Positions 27,220 through 37,028 of a stretch of DNA of 64,000 nt are shown one piece after another; the stretch's first letter is position 1; every line of letters begins with the position of its first letter. Both the position numbers and the translations under genes were made by a program. The notes under the pieces were generated by a model. It had not been told where the DNA came from. It did no database searches and saw only the letters and a program-made list of their open reading frames with translations. The stretch lies in sequence record PP885688.1. One strand, given 5' to 3'.

Positions 27220-27609
27220 TCAGCTTATTTTCTGACTCTCGTGAGCGGGATCCTCAGCAGCTCTGCCCGTGCCCTGGCATGCAGCGCAACCCATAAACTG
27301 CTTGTAGATGCCCATGAAGTTCTTCTCGCCCATCGGGATCTCTCCCTTACCCTCACACAGGGTGCAGATGAGCAGCAGGCGGCGTAGTTTCCGGTCGTAG
27401 ATCCCACGCGATGTAGCGTGGCCGACCACCAGCATCGCTTCGTTGTACTGCTGCAGCTTCAGAATGAGCTGAGACCACTTCATGCTGGTCCAAGCGTGAT
27501 GCTCCGGTGGGAAGCATTCCTTCGCCAGCAGCCAGTACGCTTTGTGGATGACGTCCTGATCGTCGCCAGGGCGGACGCCAAGTGTGTCATAGTGCGTGTG
27601 CGTGCTCAC
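27220..27609 (-). CDS. DnaJ-like protein (J-domain lacking HPD, plus DnaJ-type CxxCxGxG repeats)
   Basis: THYDTLGV...IHKAYWLLAKECFPP; YNEA..V.G....RGIYD; CTLCEGKG and CAACQGTG. Confidence 0.7.
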   Translation of the reverse strand: MSTHTHYDTLGVRPGDDQDVIHKAYWLLAKECFPPEHHAWTSMKWSQLILKLQQYNEAMLVVGHATSRGIYDRKLRRLLLICTLCEGKGEIPMGEKNFMGIYKQFMGCAACQGTGRAAEDPAHESQKIS

Positions 27610-28031
27610 AGCCTCAGGCCTCCCTCGGCTTCAATAATGGCGGCGATCTCTGTGTTGGTGGGAAGGTGCCGCGCGTCGGAGTCGAACACGTAGCCCTGGA
27701 GGGAGAGCTCGTTACCGAGCGTGGTCCCGTCTTCGCGGACCGAGATAGCTTTGGCGGACCAGCGGGAGAACTTCGGACCGTCGATCTTGACGTCAACGTT
27801 GATCGACCCCAGGATGCGGAACTGTAGGCCGTAGCCGCGACCGCGCATCACCATGGCGCGATGCGCCGGACCGGGCTTCGCCGTGTCGACGATGGTCCCG
27901 ACGGGTAGCTGGGCTTCGAGCGATGCCTTGAAGCGGGCTGCCAGCTCATTCTTGAGCTCACGGGCGGCGCTGTAGTGGATGTGCAGACTGTTCATTAGCT
28001 GCAGGACAGTTGACTCTGTGGCTAGGCTCAT
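27606..28031 (-). CDS. Hypothetical protein (141 aa)
   Basis: Coupled ORF. Confidence 0.65.
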   Translation of the reverse strand: MSLATESTVLQLMNSLHIHYSAARELKNELAARFKASLEAQLPVGTIVDTAKPGPAHRAMVMRGRGYGLQFRILGSINVDVKIDGPKFSRWSAKAISVREDGTTLGNELSLQGYVFDSDARHLPTNTEIAAIIEAEGGLRL

Positions 28032-28648
28032 ATGATGCTCTCGATTCCGTTGTCCACGATGCGTGAGAGGGTTTCCGTGTCGAGCTTGCCGCGCTTGTCG
28101 AGCAGGCCGACGCGACGCAGTTCGAGGCGTGCGTTGAGGTAGATCTGGATCTCTTCGGCCAGGGCGATCTTCTCTTCGATCGTGATATTCGCGGCCCCGT
28201 TGACTTGGAGGTAGATGCGGTTCTCCTGAAGCGACTCACCCTTGCGGTAGCGACCCGTGTCCTGCAGGGAGTAGACGAGCGGTCCTTCTGTCTTGTAGTC
28301 ATGCTCCGGCTCAGGGTTGGTGGGTCTCGGCCATGGCCAGATACCGTCGACTAACGCGTAGCCCTTTTCTGGTGCTGCCTTTGCGATGGCGCGTTTGAAG
28401 ATGTCGAGCGCCTCTGGGCCATCACCATTCATCGGCCAGTGGTGGCCGGGACCGAGAATCTCGTCGACGATGAACTGGATCAAGAGCTCGCGGTCCGCTG
28501 TATCCATCCGGCCATCAAAGGCGACGTTCCGACCGTCCGAATAGTAGGCAAGTTCCTTATCCGACTTGGCGGCTTTCGTTGCCTGCGCCTCGGTCAGGTC
28601 GATACCGAAGCAGTCGTGCGCGACAATTCGTAGTGTGGTGTATGGCAT
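28028..28648 (-). CDS. Hypothetical protein (206 aa)
   Basis: Start MPYTTL with TAATG coupling. Confidence 0.65.
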   Translation of the reverse strand: MPYTTLRIVAHDCFGIDLTEAQATKAAKSDKELAYYSDGRNVAFDGRMDTADRELLIQFIVDEILGPGHHWPMNGDGPEALDIFKRAIAKAAPEKGYALVDGIWPWPRPTNPEPEHDYKTEGPLVYSLQDTGRYRKGESLQENRIYLQVNGAANITIEEKIALAEEIQIYLNARLELRRVGLLDKRGKLDTETLSRIVDNGIESII

Positions 28649-28815
28649 TACTTTTCCTTGCTCCTCAGCTGCTGCTCTACTTGGGCTTTCATCTTGTCCT
28701 GGATCATCTTCAGTCTCGCCCGGGACGCTCGCATCGCACACTTCCTTAGATAGGTCGCGTGACCATCGATCTCACCACCGCGCATCACCACGCCGTACAG
28801 GATCGTCCTCTTCAT
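28648..28815 (-). CDS. Small basic hypothetical protein (55 aa, MKRTILYGVV...)
   Basis: Not in the ORF track; fills the gap with TAATG coupling at both ends. Confidence 0.65.
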   Translation of the reverse strand: MKRTILYGVVMRGGEIDGHATYLRKCAMRASRARLKMIQDKMKAQVEQQLRSKEK

Positions 28816-29279
28816 TACTCGTCGATCTCCTCTGGAAGGTGGTCACCGAAGATGCCCTCGGCGGTGTAGGGGACATGGACTGCGTCACCCTGCTCATTCT
28901 CGGTGTAGTAGCCGCGAGCATTGGTGATTCTGCAGTAAGGGCTCATCAGCTCTTTGCGCCGGGGCTGTGGATCGCCGAACTCAACCTCGACCCAGTCGAG
29001 ATAGGCGGTGAACTCGTGAAGGATCCCATCGATCTGTTTGCGTAGGTCGTCGCCGAGGTCCGATTGCGGCCAGCCTTCCTTGGACCCGTCTGGGGCGATC
29101 ATGAAGCTGACCTGGCGAACGCCGACCTGTTGCTGATTAGTGAGGGGTGTGATCGCAAAGACTGGGCCCAGGTGGTCGGGATTAGCCTCGACCAGTTCAC
29201 AGCACCGTTTGTGTGCCTCTGCGATCACCGCCGCGTGGCGCGATGTAACAACTATTGCGTGGTGCAGATACGTACTCAT
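28815..29279 (-). CDS. Hypothetical protein (154 aa)
   Basis: GAGGAG RBS, class II motif; FMIAPDGSKEGW motif. Confidence 0.7.
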   Translation of the reverse strand: MSTYLHHAIVVTSRHAAVIAEAHKRCCELVEANPDHLGPVFAITPLTNQQQVGVRQVSFMIAPDGSKEGWPQSDLGDDLRKQIDGILHEFTAYLDWVEVEFGDPQPRRKELMSPYCRITNARGYYTENEQGDAVHVPYTAEGIFGDHLPEEIDE

Positions 29280-29294
29280 CGTTCTCCTCTTCCT

Positions 29295-29329
29295 CAACCT
29301 ACAAAGCCGCTCGGTTCAAAGCTGACTTT
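29295..29329 (-). promoter_or_regulatory. Class II promoter motif
   Basis: AAAGTCAGCTTTG-N13-TGTAGGTTG. Confidence 0.75.
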
Positions 29330-29337
29330 TCGCGAAA

Positions 29338-29988
29338 TTACTTGGGACCTTCCCACTGGGTGCAGGCATGCTCCTGGAGCCGTCCGCCGGTGAACGAGCG
29401 CTGCTTGCGTGTACCGAAACACTTGGGGCAGTTGCTGTGGTCTGGGCGTGGCGGCTGGCCGTCTGAGGTGAGCTCGTGACGACGGTTCTGGATCGCACCG
29501 AAGACGTTCTGCCCGTGAGAGGAGAGCTCTTTCGGCTTCTCCGGGACCGGTAGCGCGAAGCGTTGCTTGATCTGCTCCTCCGTCAGCCGGACGCAGATCA
29601 TGCAGTGACCGTCGCCGTCGGTGTCGATACCAACTGGGCATCGTGGGCAGCCACGCGGGACGGGGGTCACCGGCGCGGCGATGAAGTGGATCAGCTGCTC
29701 GATCGTCATGGTGTCGACCTTGGCCTTGGCGAGTTGAGCCGTGTGATAAAGCTTCTTCGCGGCATCGGAGACCTGGATACCATCCTCGCGTCTGCCGGTT
29801 CCTCTGGGTTTGTCTTCCACGATATGTTTCCTCAAGTCAATTGGTGCTTGGAAGCGGCCACCGACTCGACCGCAACCTTCGCATGGTTTGCTGATATGGC
29901 TGAGACAGCCGGGGTGTTGACCGCACGCAACGCCGTCACGCAGGCGTGGTCGGGCAGGGTGCTCGGAAAGGCTATCGAACCGGCTCAT
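29338..29988 (-). CDS. Cys/His-rich hypothetical protein (216 aa)
   Basis: CGQHPGC..H...CEGC, CPRC...C..C and CPKC clusters. Confidence 0.6.
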   Translation of the reverse strand: MSRFDSLSEHPARPRLRDGVACGQHPGCLSHISKPCEGCGRVGGRFQAPIDLRKHIVEDKPRGTGRREDGIQVSDAAKKLYHTAQLAKAKVDTMTIEQLIHFIAAPVTPVPRGCPRCPVGIDTDGDGHCMICVRLTEEQIKQRFALPVPEKPKELSSHGQNVFGAIQNRRHELTSDGQPPRPDHSNCPKCFGTRKQRSFTGGRLQEHACTQWEGPK

Positions 29989-30182
29989 CGAGATACCGAA
30001 TCCAGCATGCCTGCGAGGAAAGCGAGGGCGAGTCCGAGGAACATGTACACCTCGTAGCCGTTGGGAAGCTTGGTAGCTGCTGGAATGGTGGAGGCCAAAA
30101 GGCAGCTGATCGCAATGTAGTAGATGGCGAAGATCAGTCCCCGGATAACCGGATCTGGAGTCTTGTGTGCAGAGTTAGGCAT
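29985..30182 (-). CDS. Small two-TM membrane protein
   Basis: Two hydrophobic helices. Confidence 0.6.
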   Translation of the reverse strand: MPNSAHKTPDPVIRGLIFAIYYIAISCLLASTIPAATKLPNGYEVYMFLGLALAFLAGMLDSVSR

Positions 30183-30191
30183 GGGATCTCT

Positions 30192-31121
30192 CTAAACGAC
30201 ATTTTCGTGACGCAGGTGAGCGAAGCTGAGGACCGCGAGGACCACACTCCAGATTGTGATTCTTCCGAACACCAGCACCGTCTCCCGGTCAGAGTGGGCG
30301 AGGTCACTTATCCCGGTGAAGAGGATGACCAGCCAGAAGATTGCCCACAAGAGGAAGAGGTAGCTTAGGGCGTCAACGACGAACCAGAGGAACCCGCGCC
30401 TTTCCTTAACCGGCGCAACCTCATGCTTGGCCTTGCGATCGAGCGGGTTCGCCCAGTCGGCGAGGCTGAGGATTCCGATGTCGCCGGGCAGGCCCCAGGT
30501 GCCGGGCTGCGTGATGTAGGTGATGAGCTTCGGGATGGCGTTGCCTGTGTACTCGCTGGTAGCCGGGTCCCACTCGTGGAGGTAAAGGATGTCGCCGATG
30601 CGGTAGTCACGGTCGAACTTGCGGACTTCGTGACGCTTGATGCCATTAGCCACGGCGGCGTAGGGCTCCGGGTGAGTCTTGAGATTGTGATACATCGCGT
30701 CGCGCAGAAGAGACGGTTTCCTGCTCTGCTCGATGGTGATCGTGACGAAGCCAGGCTTCTGCTGGTCACGCAGCAGCTCGATGACCCGCACCCGCAGCTG
30801 TCTCCCTACGACGGGATGCCGCTCCTGGAGGTAAATCTCGTCACCTGCCTCAACCCCTTCCAGGTAGACGTAGAGCTGGGCACGAGATCCGTTGAAGATC
30901 TTGTCGCCTTTGGCCTCGAACCAGTCGGTGGTGAGCTGCAGGGTGTGCTTCGGTAGGAGCGGTGCCCGTTGCGCCTGTTCCCGGCGGGCCTTGTCGGCTG
31001 CCACGTTCACTCGCAGGTTCTCCTGCATCTCTGCAGCGAACAATGCCGCTAATTCATCGGCTGTTTTCTCGTGGATCTGTTCTTGGGGGATGCTGCCTAC
31101 ACTGCCATCGTGGATCTTCAT
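30192..31121 (-). CDS. ASCH/DUF3850 (PUA-like) domain protein with C-terminal TM helices
   Basis: HNLKTHPEPY.AV..GIKRHEVRKFDRDYRIGDILYLHEWD...YTG; a degenerate copy precedes it; two TM helices. Confidence 0.75.
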   Translation of the reverse strand: MKIHDGSVGSIPQEQIHEKTADELAALFAAEMQENLRVNVAADKARREQAQRAPLLPKHTLQLTTDWFEAKGDKIFNGSRAQLYVYLEGVEAGDEIYLQERHPVVGRQLRVRVIELLRDQQKPGFVTITIEQSRKPSLLRDAMYHNLKTHPEPYAAVANGIKRHEVRKFDRDYRIGDILYLHEWDPATSEYTGNAIPKLITYITQPGTWGLPGDIGILSLADWANPLDRKAKHEVAPVKERRGFLWFVVDALSYLFLLWAIFWLVILFTGISDLAHSDRETVLVFGRITIWSVVLAVLSFAHLRHENVV

Positions 31122-31138
31122 ATCGCCCTCTCACTTGC

Positions 31139-31174
31139 TAATACCCAAGAGGAGGGTCGGTCCCTAAATATCAA
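31139..31174 (-). promoter_or_regulatory. Class I promoter motif
   Basis: TTGATATTTAGG-N16-GGGTATTA. Confidence 0.8.
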
Positions 31175-31207
31175 AAATAAATATTTTCGGGACCGAATAA
31201 GCCTTTG

Positions 31208-31648
31208 TTAGGCGACCTTGGCGACGGGTGTGGCGTGGCTGAGCAGGTGCTCCCGAATTGCGATCATCTCGGGCATACGCCACATGCTCTCGACGTAGAC
31301 GTGGAGCCGGTCGTAGTCGTAGTGCTTCCGCTTGATGAAGTCGTTGGCCGCGTCCAGGGTGAAGGCGCAGGTTACGAACTCGTCCCGCTTGATGTAGTAG
31401 CGCTTGGCCCACCCCTCGGGTTCGCTGCCGAAGTAGTTCTCGTAGCGTTCAAGAGCCTTGACCTTGCGGGCGTCGGCTTTGATGTAGTCGCCGCTGGTCT
31501 GATCGATCCAATCGAAGTCCTCGCTGAACTCCTCGTCCATGCCGTAGAGCTTCTTCTCGTTGTAGACGACGAACAGTGGCTGGTTGGTGCACGCGTTGTC
31601 CTGGGTGCGCATCTTGTCGGCTAAAGCTGTCAGTGCTTCAGGGGTCAT
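31208..31648 (-). CDS. Conserved phage hypothetical protein (146 aa)
   Basis: RTQDNACT..PLF.V, FVTCAFT...A..FI, YVES.WR.PEM..IRE pattern; GGAGG RBS. Confidence 0.7.
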   Translation of the reverse strand: MTPEALTALADKMRTQDNACTNQPLFVVYNEKKLYGMDEEFSEDFDWIDQTSGDYIKADARKVKALERYENYFGSEPEGWAKRYYIKRDEFVTCAFTLDAANDFIKRKHYDYDRLHVYVESMWRMPEMIAIREHLLSHATPVAKVA

Positions 31649-31664
31649 TACTACCTCCACTCTC

Positions 31665-31700
31665 TAATACCCAGTGGAGGACCCCGACCCTGATTACTAA
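31665..31700 (-). promoter_or_regulatory. Class I promoter motif
   Basis: TTAGTAATCAGG-N16-GGGTATTA. Confidence 0.75.
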
Positions 31701-31966
31701 AACGCTTCTTCGTTCTCGTAGATCAATTCGTAGATCCGATAGCGCTGTTCGGGGGATTTGTCCTTGGAGTCAGCCAGGTATTTCAGGTAGCGTTCAAAGC
31801 GCTCCAGCTCGACGCGGTCGCCTACCGAGATCTCTTTACCCGGTGCAGGCCGCATGTGCATTCCTGGGAAGGCGGTGAGCAGTACGCCGCAACCGGGGCA
31901 GTCCCCGTTGGGCTTGACGTACTGCATCAGCGTGCAGCGTTCGCAAAAGACGGGATTACTTGCCAT
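31697..31966 (-). CDS. Small zinc-ribbon hypothetical protein
   Basis: CERC...CPGC. Confidence 0.6.
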   Translation of the reverse strand: MASNPVFCERCTLMQYVKPNGDCPGCGVLLTAFPGMHMRPAPGKEISVGDRVELERFERYLKYLADSKDKSPEQRYRIYELIYENEEAF

Positions 31967-34900
31967 CGATCTCCTCCGGTACCTTGATCCAGTAACGCTC
32001 GATGTCGGGAGACAACGGCGGGAAGGAGCCCTCTTCCGTGCTCTGCTCTACCTCGTAGCCCTCCTGGATGTACTCGCGAGCGTCCTCGATCGTGTAGAAC
32101 TTACCCTTGCTGTGCGACGAGATACCCTTTTTGATGTTCGAGTCCCTCAGTAGCTCCCAGTCAGAATCGCTGCCGATCTTCTGCCCCTCGCTGTCGAGCG
32201 GGAAGATGGTGAGGCACTGCTCGAAGCGCTTCTTTGGTGCGAAGCTGTCACCCATACTGGCCCACTCGACCGCGAACTTCCGGTCCCGCCGGTCGACTCC
32301 GAGGAAGAGGTCGAAGTTGATCGACATCTCCGGCGTGGTGCGACCCAGCACGTGATAGGTCGACGGGTCATCTGATTTTTCCTTGGCCCATTCACCAATG
32401 CATCGATCCAGATACGTCTCCAGCGAGTTGTTGAAGTCCTGCATGGAGACCGGCAGCCATCCTTGGCGATGCAGATGGTTGAGCAGGTAGCCCTTCTTGA
32501 AGGCATCAGCCTTCGCGGTCGAGAGATACCAGCCGTTGTTGGTCTTGACGAGGGCCTTGTTGAACTCACTCAGTGCGTGACCCTTGTTCGCGTAGCGTCC
32601 CACAACTGTGTCGCGGATGGTCTTGCGTAAGGTCTCATCCTCCGTCACGTTGTGCAGCAGAGCGTGGGAGTAGTCATGGCAGATGGTGATGAAGTGGTAC
32701 TCGCCGCCACGCTTGCTGCGCAACACGCCGATAGGGAAGACTAGCGAGGGCTGACGCACATACCCGCCGGTCGAGAGCTCGCGGGTCCGAGCCGCCCACT
32801 TAGCGAGCGAGAGACTCGGATTGTCGAGGAAGGTCCGGTAGCTCTCCTCGAACCCAGCGACGGTGTCGAACATCTTCTGCTTCTCGTAGAACGTGATCTT
32901 GCTGCCGAGTCCAGCCCACTCTTTGGCGATCTCCCACTCATGCAGGGTCGTCTCAGAAGCTGATAGCTCGGGGAGAAGAGTCCACCGGCGAGTCGTCTCT
33001 TTGAGGCCGGTCTTGGTCCGCATGAGGCCGATGGCGTTGACCCAGACATGTGCGGCCAGACGATCGTCGCGCTCCTCAGCGGTTGGGGCCACGTAAAGGA
33101 TCATCGACGACTTACCGGTGACCACGAGACGGAGCGGCGTGCGCTCGATCGACTTCGCGTACTGTTCAGCCGCAGCCTTATGCGATCCGGCGTTGAGTTG
33201 AACGTGCATCTGGTTGAGCAAGGTAGTGAACTTTGCCTGATCAAGCTCTCCGAGGATGTTGCGGAAAGGTAGGTGATCTCCGCGATTAGCGGCCCGCCAC
33301 GCGATCACTGTCTGCTGGATGACGTCCTCAGCCTGCTGACCCGTAGCGAGCCCGCCTTCGGCCAATGCCTGACGAAGCATCGCGCGTGGCTCCTTCTCGT
33401 AGACCTCTTCCTCGCGAAGGTGCTTCACGGCCAGCTTGAAGAACTTCATGTAGGAGAGGTGATTGAGGCGAACCTCGCGGCTGTGGATGTAGAACTCCAT
33501 CTGCTCGGCAGTGACGGCATCGAGCACGAGGAACGAAAGGCGATCCTTGGCGAGGGACAGGTTGACGCGGGCCTCGAACTTTTTGTCTTTGGCTCCGTAG
33601 GACCGGCGGGTAACCGGGCAGGAGACGATGATGTCTTTCCCTTCGCGGCGGGCGATGGCGACCGAGATCTTCTCATCCGGATCCGCGACACGGTAGGAAT
33701 CGCGGCGGGAGCTGTAGCTGTCGTTCTTGATGACGCCCGGTGCGGTTGCCAGAGTCATGACATCGTTCCAGTCGCAGAGCACACGGGCACCGGAGCGCAG
33801 GTACGAGTTCTTCTCGTCGATCCACGCATGGAGCGGCTGCTTGTCCGGCAGCGGCAGCATGAACTCACCATCATCATCATGAACGAAGCGGAAGTACTTC
33901 TCCTGAAACTCGGGGCTGATGAAATCCATCGTCTTCTCTTCGTTGTAGAAGGTGCCGAAGAGGTTCAGGCGGTGATCGAGGCCTGCGAGGAGGATGAGGA
34001 AGCGCTTGTAGTGGAGTGAGAAGGCCTCGTGAGCCTCCAGGCGATCCGTGTACTCCACGTCCATGAAGTTGATGTTGTGGTCGTCCAGCTTGAACGAAGA
34101 GTACGCTCCACGGTACTTCAGGAAGATGTTGTCGAGTTCGACCTTGCCCGGGAACAGATTGTGAGCCTTGATGTGGCTGTCGATCGGGGAGTTGACCTGC
34201 CACAGATTCTCACCATCACGGACGAGGAAGCCAACCCGGCGATTCTCGCGGTTACGGTGCATGTTCGTCCACACGTCTCCGTAGTTTTTCTCACGGCGAA
34301 GTGCGGCGAAGGCTACGATACAACGGGGCGAGGCGAAGAGCTGGTCAACAAGCTTCGGATGATCGGCCAAGGCCTTGAGGAAGCGGGGCACACCGAGGTG
34401 GTCGAAGTCTTCATCAACGTCGAGGAACACTGAGAGCTCTTCGTCGGCGAACAGCTTGCCCTGCATGATGGTCAGCGGCACATCGGCAGGGGCGGACGCG
34501 CCCTTCTTCAGCTGGATGACGTCAACGTTGGTGCCGACGTATAAATCGAGGGACTGAATGCTCTTCTGCAGCTTGTCGACAAACCGGAAGACGTCCTCAG
34601 TGCGCGACAGAGCGGCGGCGGCCTTCTCCTGGAAGAAAGGAACCATCGAGTTGACGGTTTCACTAATCTTCTCGACCTTTTGCTTGATCCAGTTGGCCTT
34701 TAGCGTAGCGATCTCGTGCTTGTATTCGGCGGACAACTTCATGTCGTCGATGTCTTTGGGTGTGATGGCGGGGGTGAGCGCCACCATCTGGGTGGATGCG
34801 ATCGTTGCGGAGGATCCGGCCTCCAGCTTGCGCTTCTCCTCCCACTTACGAGTGCCGTCGGCGAGGTGCAGCTTCATGTCGAGCGAACCGGCATCACCTG

Positions 34901-35258
34901 CGGCGACCTCAGCCTGCAGATCCCCTATGCGCTTCTGGATCTTCTCGACTTCGAGGCGGCGAACCTCCTCGTGATTGGGCTCCTCTGTGAACAGCCTGAG
35001 GAAGTCCTGAACGAGGAAGCGATGTTCCTTGTAGCGGGCCGTCGTTCGGCCACCATTTTCCATTGGCACCCAGATGGACCTGTCGTAAATCGCAGGGTGT
35101 GCGCGGAGCACGATCGTGTGGGCCTGCTTGTCGACGTCACGGATCGACTCCAGCAACAGGACGTCACCTTTGATGATCGGGGTCTGAGGAATCGTCTCAA
35201 GAGCACGCCAGTACTCGCCCTGCTTCAGCTCTACGAAATCGTCTTTCTCTGTGCGCAC
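31956..35258 (-). CDS. Large uncharacterised protein (1100 aa)
   Basis: Long ORF with strong codon bias, N-terminal coiled coil, and its own class II motif; no catalytic motif recognised. Confidence 0.85.
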   Translation of the reverse strand: MRTEKDDFVELKQGEYWRALETIPQTPIIKGDVLLLESIRDVDKQAHTIVLRAHPAIYDRSIWVPMENGGRTTARYKEHRFLVQDFLRLFTEEPNHEEVRRLEVEKIQKRIGDLQAEVAAGDAGSLDMKLHLADGTRKWEEKRKLEAGSSATIASTQMVALTPAITPKDIDDMKLSAEYKHEIATLKANWIKQKVEKISETVNSMVPFFQEKAAAALSRTEDVFRFVDKLQKSIQSLDLYVGTNVDVIQLKKGASAPADVPLTIMQGKLFADEELSVFLDVDEDFDHLGVPRFLKALADHPKLVDQLFASPRCIVAFAALRREKNYGDVWTNMHRNRENRRVGFLVRDGENLWQVNSPIDSHIKAHNLFPGKVELDNIFLKYRGAYSSFKLDDHNINFMDVEYTDRLEAHEAFSLHYKRFLILLAGLDHRLNLFGTFYNEEKTMDFISPEFQEKYFRFVHDDDGEFMLPLPDKQPLHAWIDEKNSYLRSGARVLCDWNDVMTLATAPGVIKNDSYSSRRDSYRVADPDEKISVAIARREGKDIIVSCPVTRRSYGAKDKKFEARVNLSLAKDRLSFLVLDAVTAEQMEFYIHSREVRLNHLSYMKFFKLAVKHLREEEVYEKEPRAMLRQALAEGGLATGQQAEDVIQQTVIAWRAANRGDHLPFRNILGELDQAKFTTLLNQMHVQLNAGSHKAAAEQYAKSIERTPLRLVVTGKSSMILYVAPTAEERDDRLAAHVWVNAIGLMRTKTGLKETTRRWTLLPELSASETTLHEWEIAKEWAGLGSKITFYEKQKMFDTVAGFEESYRTFLDNPSLSLAKWAARTRELSTGGYVRQPSLVFPIGVLRSKRGGEYHFITICHDYSHALLHNVTEDETLRKTIRDTVVGRYANKGHALSEFNKALVKTNNGWYLSTAKADAFKKGYLLNHLHRQGWLPVSMQDFNNSLETYLDRCIGEWAKEKSDDPSTYHVLGRTTPEMSINFDLFLGVDRRDRKFAVEWASMGDSFAPKKRFEQCLTIFPLDSEGQKIGSDSDWELLRDSNIKKGISSHSKGKFYTIEDAREYIQEGYEVEQSTEEGSFPPLSPDIERYWIKVPEEIDGK

Positions 35259-35338
35259 TCGTGATTCCTTTTCCGGTTCGATGATATGGGATCAGTGCCC
35301 CGGACTGCCGTGTTGGCCAGTCCGAGACCCTACTAACT

Positions 35339-35373
35339 CAACCTACAGACCAGAAGGGCCTAGGGATGAATTT
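35339..35373 (-). promoter_or_regulatory. Class II promoter motif (variant)
   Basis: AAATTCATCCCTA-N13-TGTAGGTTG. Confidence 0.65.
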
Positions 35374-36091
35374 GGATCCAAGTTTCTTGACCTTCGTCGT
35401 CAACCGGGGCCGTATTCTTGCAGGTGATGGTCACCGAGCGTGTTGGGCCGTTCTCACCCTCTGCGCCAAGCTTGGTGATCTGCGTCGCGTCGCACTCCCA
35501 TCCGGGCTGGTGTGTGATCAGCAGGTAGACCTCCTCGACCTTGTTCTGGTCGGTGAAGCCCTGAACCTCCACGGTACCCTGCGAGGACTTGAGGAAGGTG
35601 ACGTCGGGCTGCGTGATGTCCGCAGTGGGCCCGCCAAACCGGTCGAGAACAGCGTAGTGACTTGGGTTCGGGACTACCTCGCCAATGAGAGACATCTTCG
35701 GCCACGACATCTCGGACGATGGTGACTCGGTGATGTTGGCGGCACCGAACAGGTCGAAATTGAACTCCGTCTCATCGCACTCGTCATATTCCCGGGGGCA
35801 ATTGTGAACAGAGAAGTCAGGGTCCTTCTTCTTGAGGCCGGGCAGCTTCTTGGTGAGCGAAGCAGTCTCGAAGGTAAGCGAGTTGCTGAAGGGACCTGTG
35901 TATTCGAGGGCTTGGGGTGAAGGTGCTGTCGGTGGCGGAAGTACGAACTTCGTGGCGGAGTCTGCACTGATATGGACTTCGTTGCGGTGGTGAGGATGGG
36001 TGTTGCTGTAGGCCAGCCCAGCGGTCAACACGAAAGCGATCGCGCAGACAGAGAGCAGCCGGAAGTCGAGCTTGCCGGACGTAAATGACAT
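35360..36091 (-). CDS. Exported hypothetical protein
   Basis: Signal peptide LLSVCAIAFVLTAGLAYS followed by HPHHR and a Pro-rich linker. Confidence 0.7.
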   Translation of the reverse strand: MSFTSGKLDFRLLSVCAIAFVLTAGLAYSNTHPHHRNEVHISADSATKFVLPPPTAPSPQALEYTGPFSNSLTFETASLTKKLPGLKKKDPDFSVHNCPREYDECDETEFNFDLFGAANITESPSSEMSWPKMSLIGEVVPNPSHYAVLDRFGGPTADITQPDVTFLKSSQGTVEVQGFTDQNKVEEVYLLITHQPGWECDATQITKLGAEGENGPTRSVTITCKNTAPVDDEGQETWIQIHP

Positions 36092-36126
36092 CGTAAATCT
36101 CCTGTAGAGCAATCAGGTGGTTGTCC

Positions 36127-36330
36127 TTATATCTCCTCCTCGTGAATGCTCTCGTAGATGTTGCGGCCCTCGATAATGTCGATCGTCATCTTGAGCGCGG
36201 CGTCCAGGTACCACTTGGCTGGGAAGCGCCAGCCGGTGAGCGCCTGGGAGGCGATCGCTGTGACCAGCGCCGCGAGCAGGGCGATCGGGTACATGATGGG
36301 GAAGAGGATCCACTGCAGTTTGCGCATCAC
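36127..36330 (-). CDS. Small membrane protein (67 aa)
   Basis: Hydrophobic N-terminal helix. Confidence 0.6.
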   Translation of the reverse strand: MMRKLQWILFPIMYPIALLAALVTAIASQALTGWRFPAKWYLDAALKMTIDIIEGRNIYESIHEEEI

Positions 36331-37025
36331 TCACCATCCTTCGGGTTGCCCGCAGGCAGCAGGGCAATGTTGCTCAGGTTCGTCAGAGTCTGCAGGATGG
36401 TCTCAGGGCGAAGCAGGTCGGAAAGCTTCTCCCGGAGAGTGTCGATGCGGTCACCGAACTCCTTGAGAGCTGCCCGATTCGTGTCAGTGGCTGGAATGCA
36501 TGCAATGACGCGACCGTCCTTACTCTTGAACTCACCGGGCCACGGCTCGATCTTCCATCCGCGACCATAGCGAGGAAGACTGCGCATGAGCAAGGTTCCG
36601 TCCCACGCGACGCCACGCTCGACGCGACTGTGACCGAAGGCAAGGCCTGTACCCACACCTTCCCACGGGGCGCGATGCTCGATCTCGACGAGGAAGTAAT
36701 CTTCCCACTTTACTTCGTACTTCTTATCGAGGAGTCCCCATAGGTCCAGCCGAAGGGCCTCTATGTCATTGCCATGGATCTCCAGGTTGGCCTCTGCGCA
36801 GACGAGACGGAAGTGAACTCCCTTGGTGGCGAGCGGCGGTTTGTCGGAGTCATCGAACTTCTTGATGAGGCGCAGCTCGACCGCAACCTTGGTGCCCTCC
36901 ACCGTCTGAGTGGGTGGGTGATCAAGATCAGGATCGCCATGCTCGACGATGCCCTCGTACTCGTAGTACCAGGTGTCGAGGAGCTTGCCGCCGGAGCCGC
37001 TATTGTCTGACTTATTCTTCGCCAT
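36327..37025 (-). CDS. Hypothetical protein (232 aa)
   Basis: Coupled ORF with RBS. Confidence 0.7.
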   Translation of the reverse strand: MAKNKSDNSGSGGKLLDTWYYEYEGIVEHGDPDLDHPPTQTVEGTKVAVELRLIKKFDDSDKPPLATKGVHFRLVCAEANLEIHGNDIEALRLDLWGLLDKKYEVKWEDYFLVEIEHRAPWEGVGTGLAFGHSRVERGVAWDGTLLMRSLPRYGRGWKIEPWPGEFKSKDGRVIACIPATDTNRAALKEFGDRIDTLREKLSDLLRPETILQTLTNLSNIALLPAGNPKDGE

Positions 37026-37028
37026 CTC

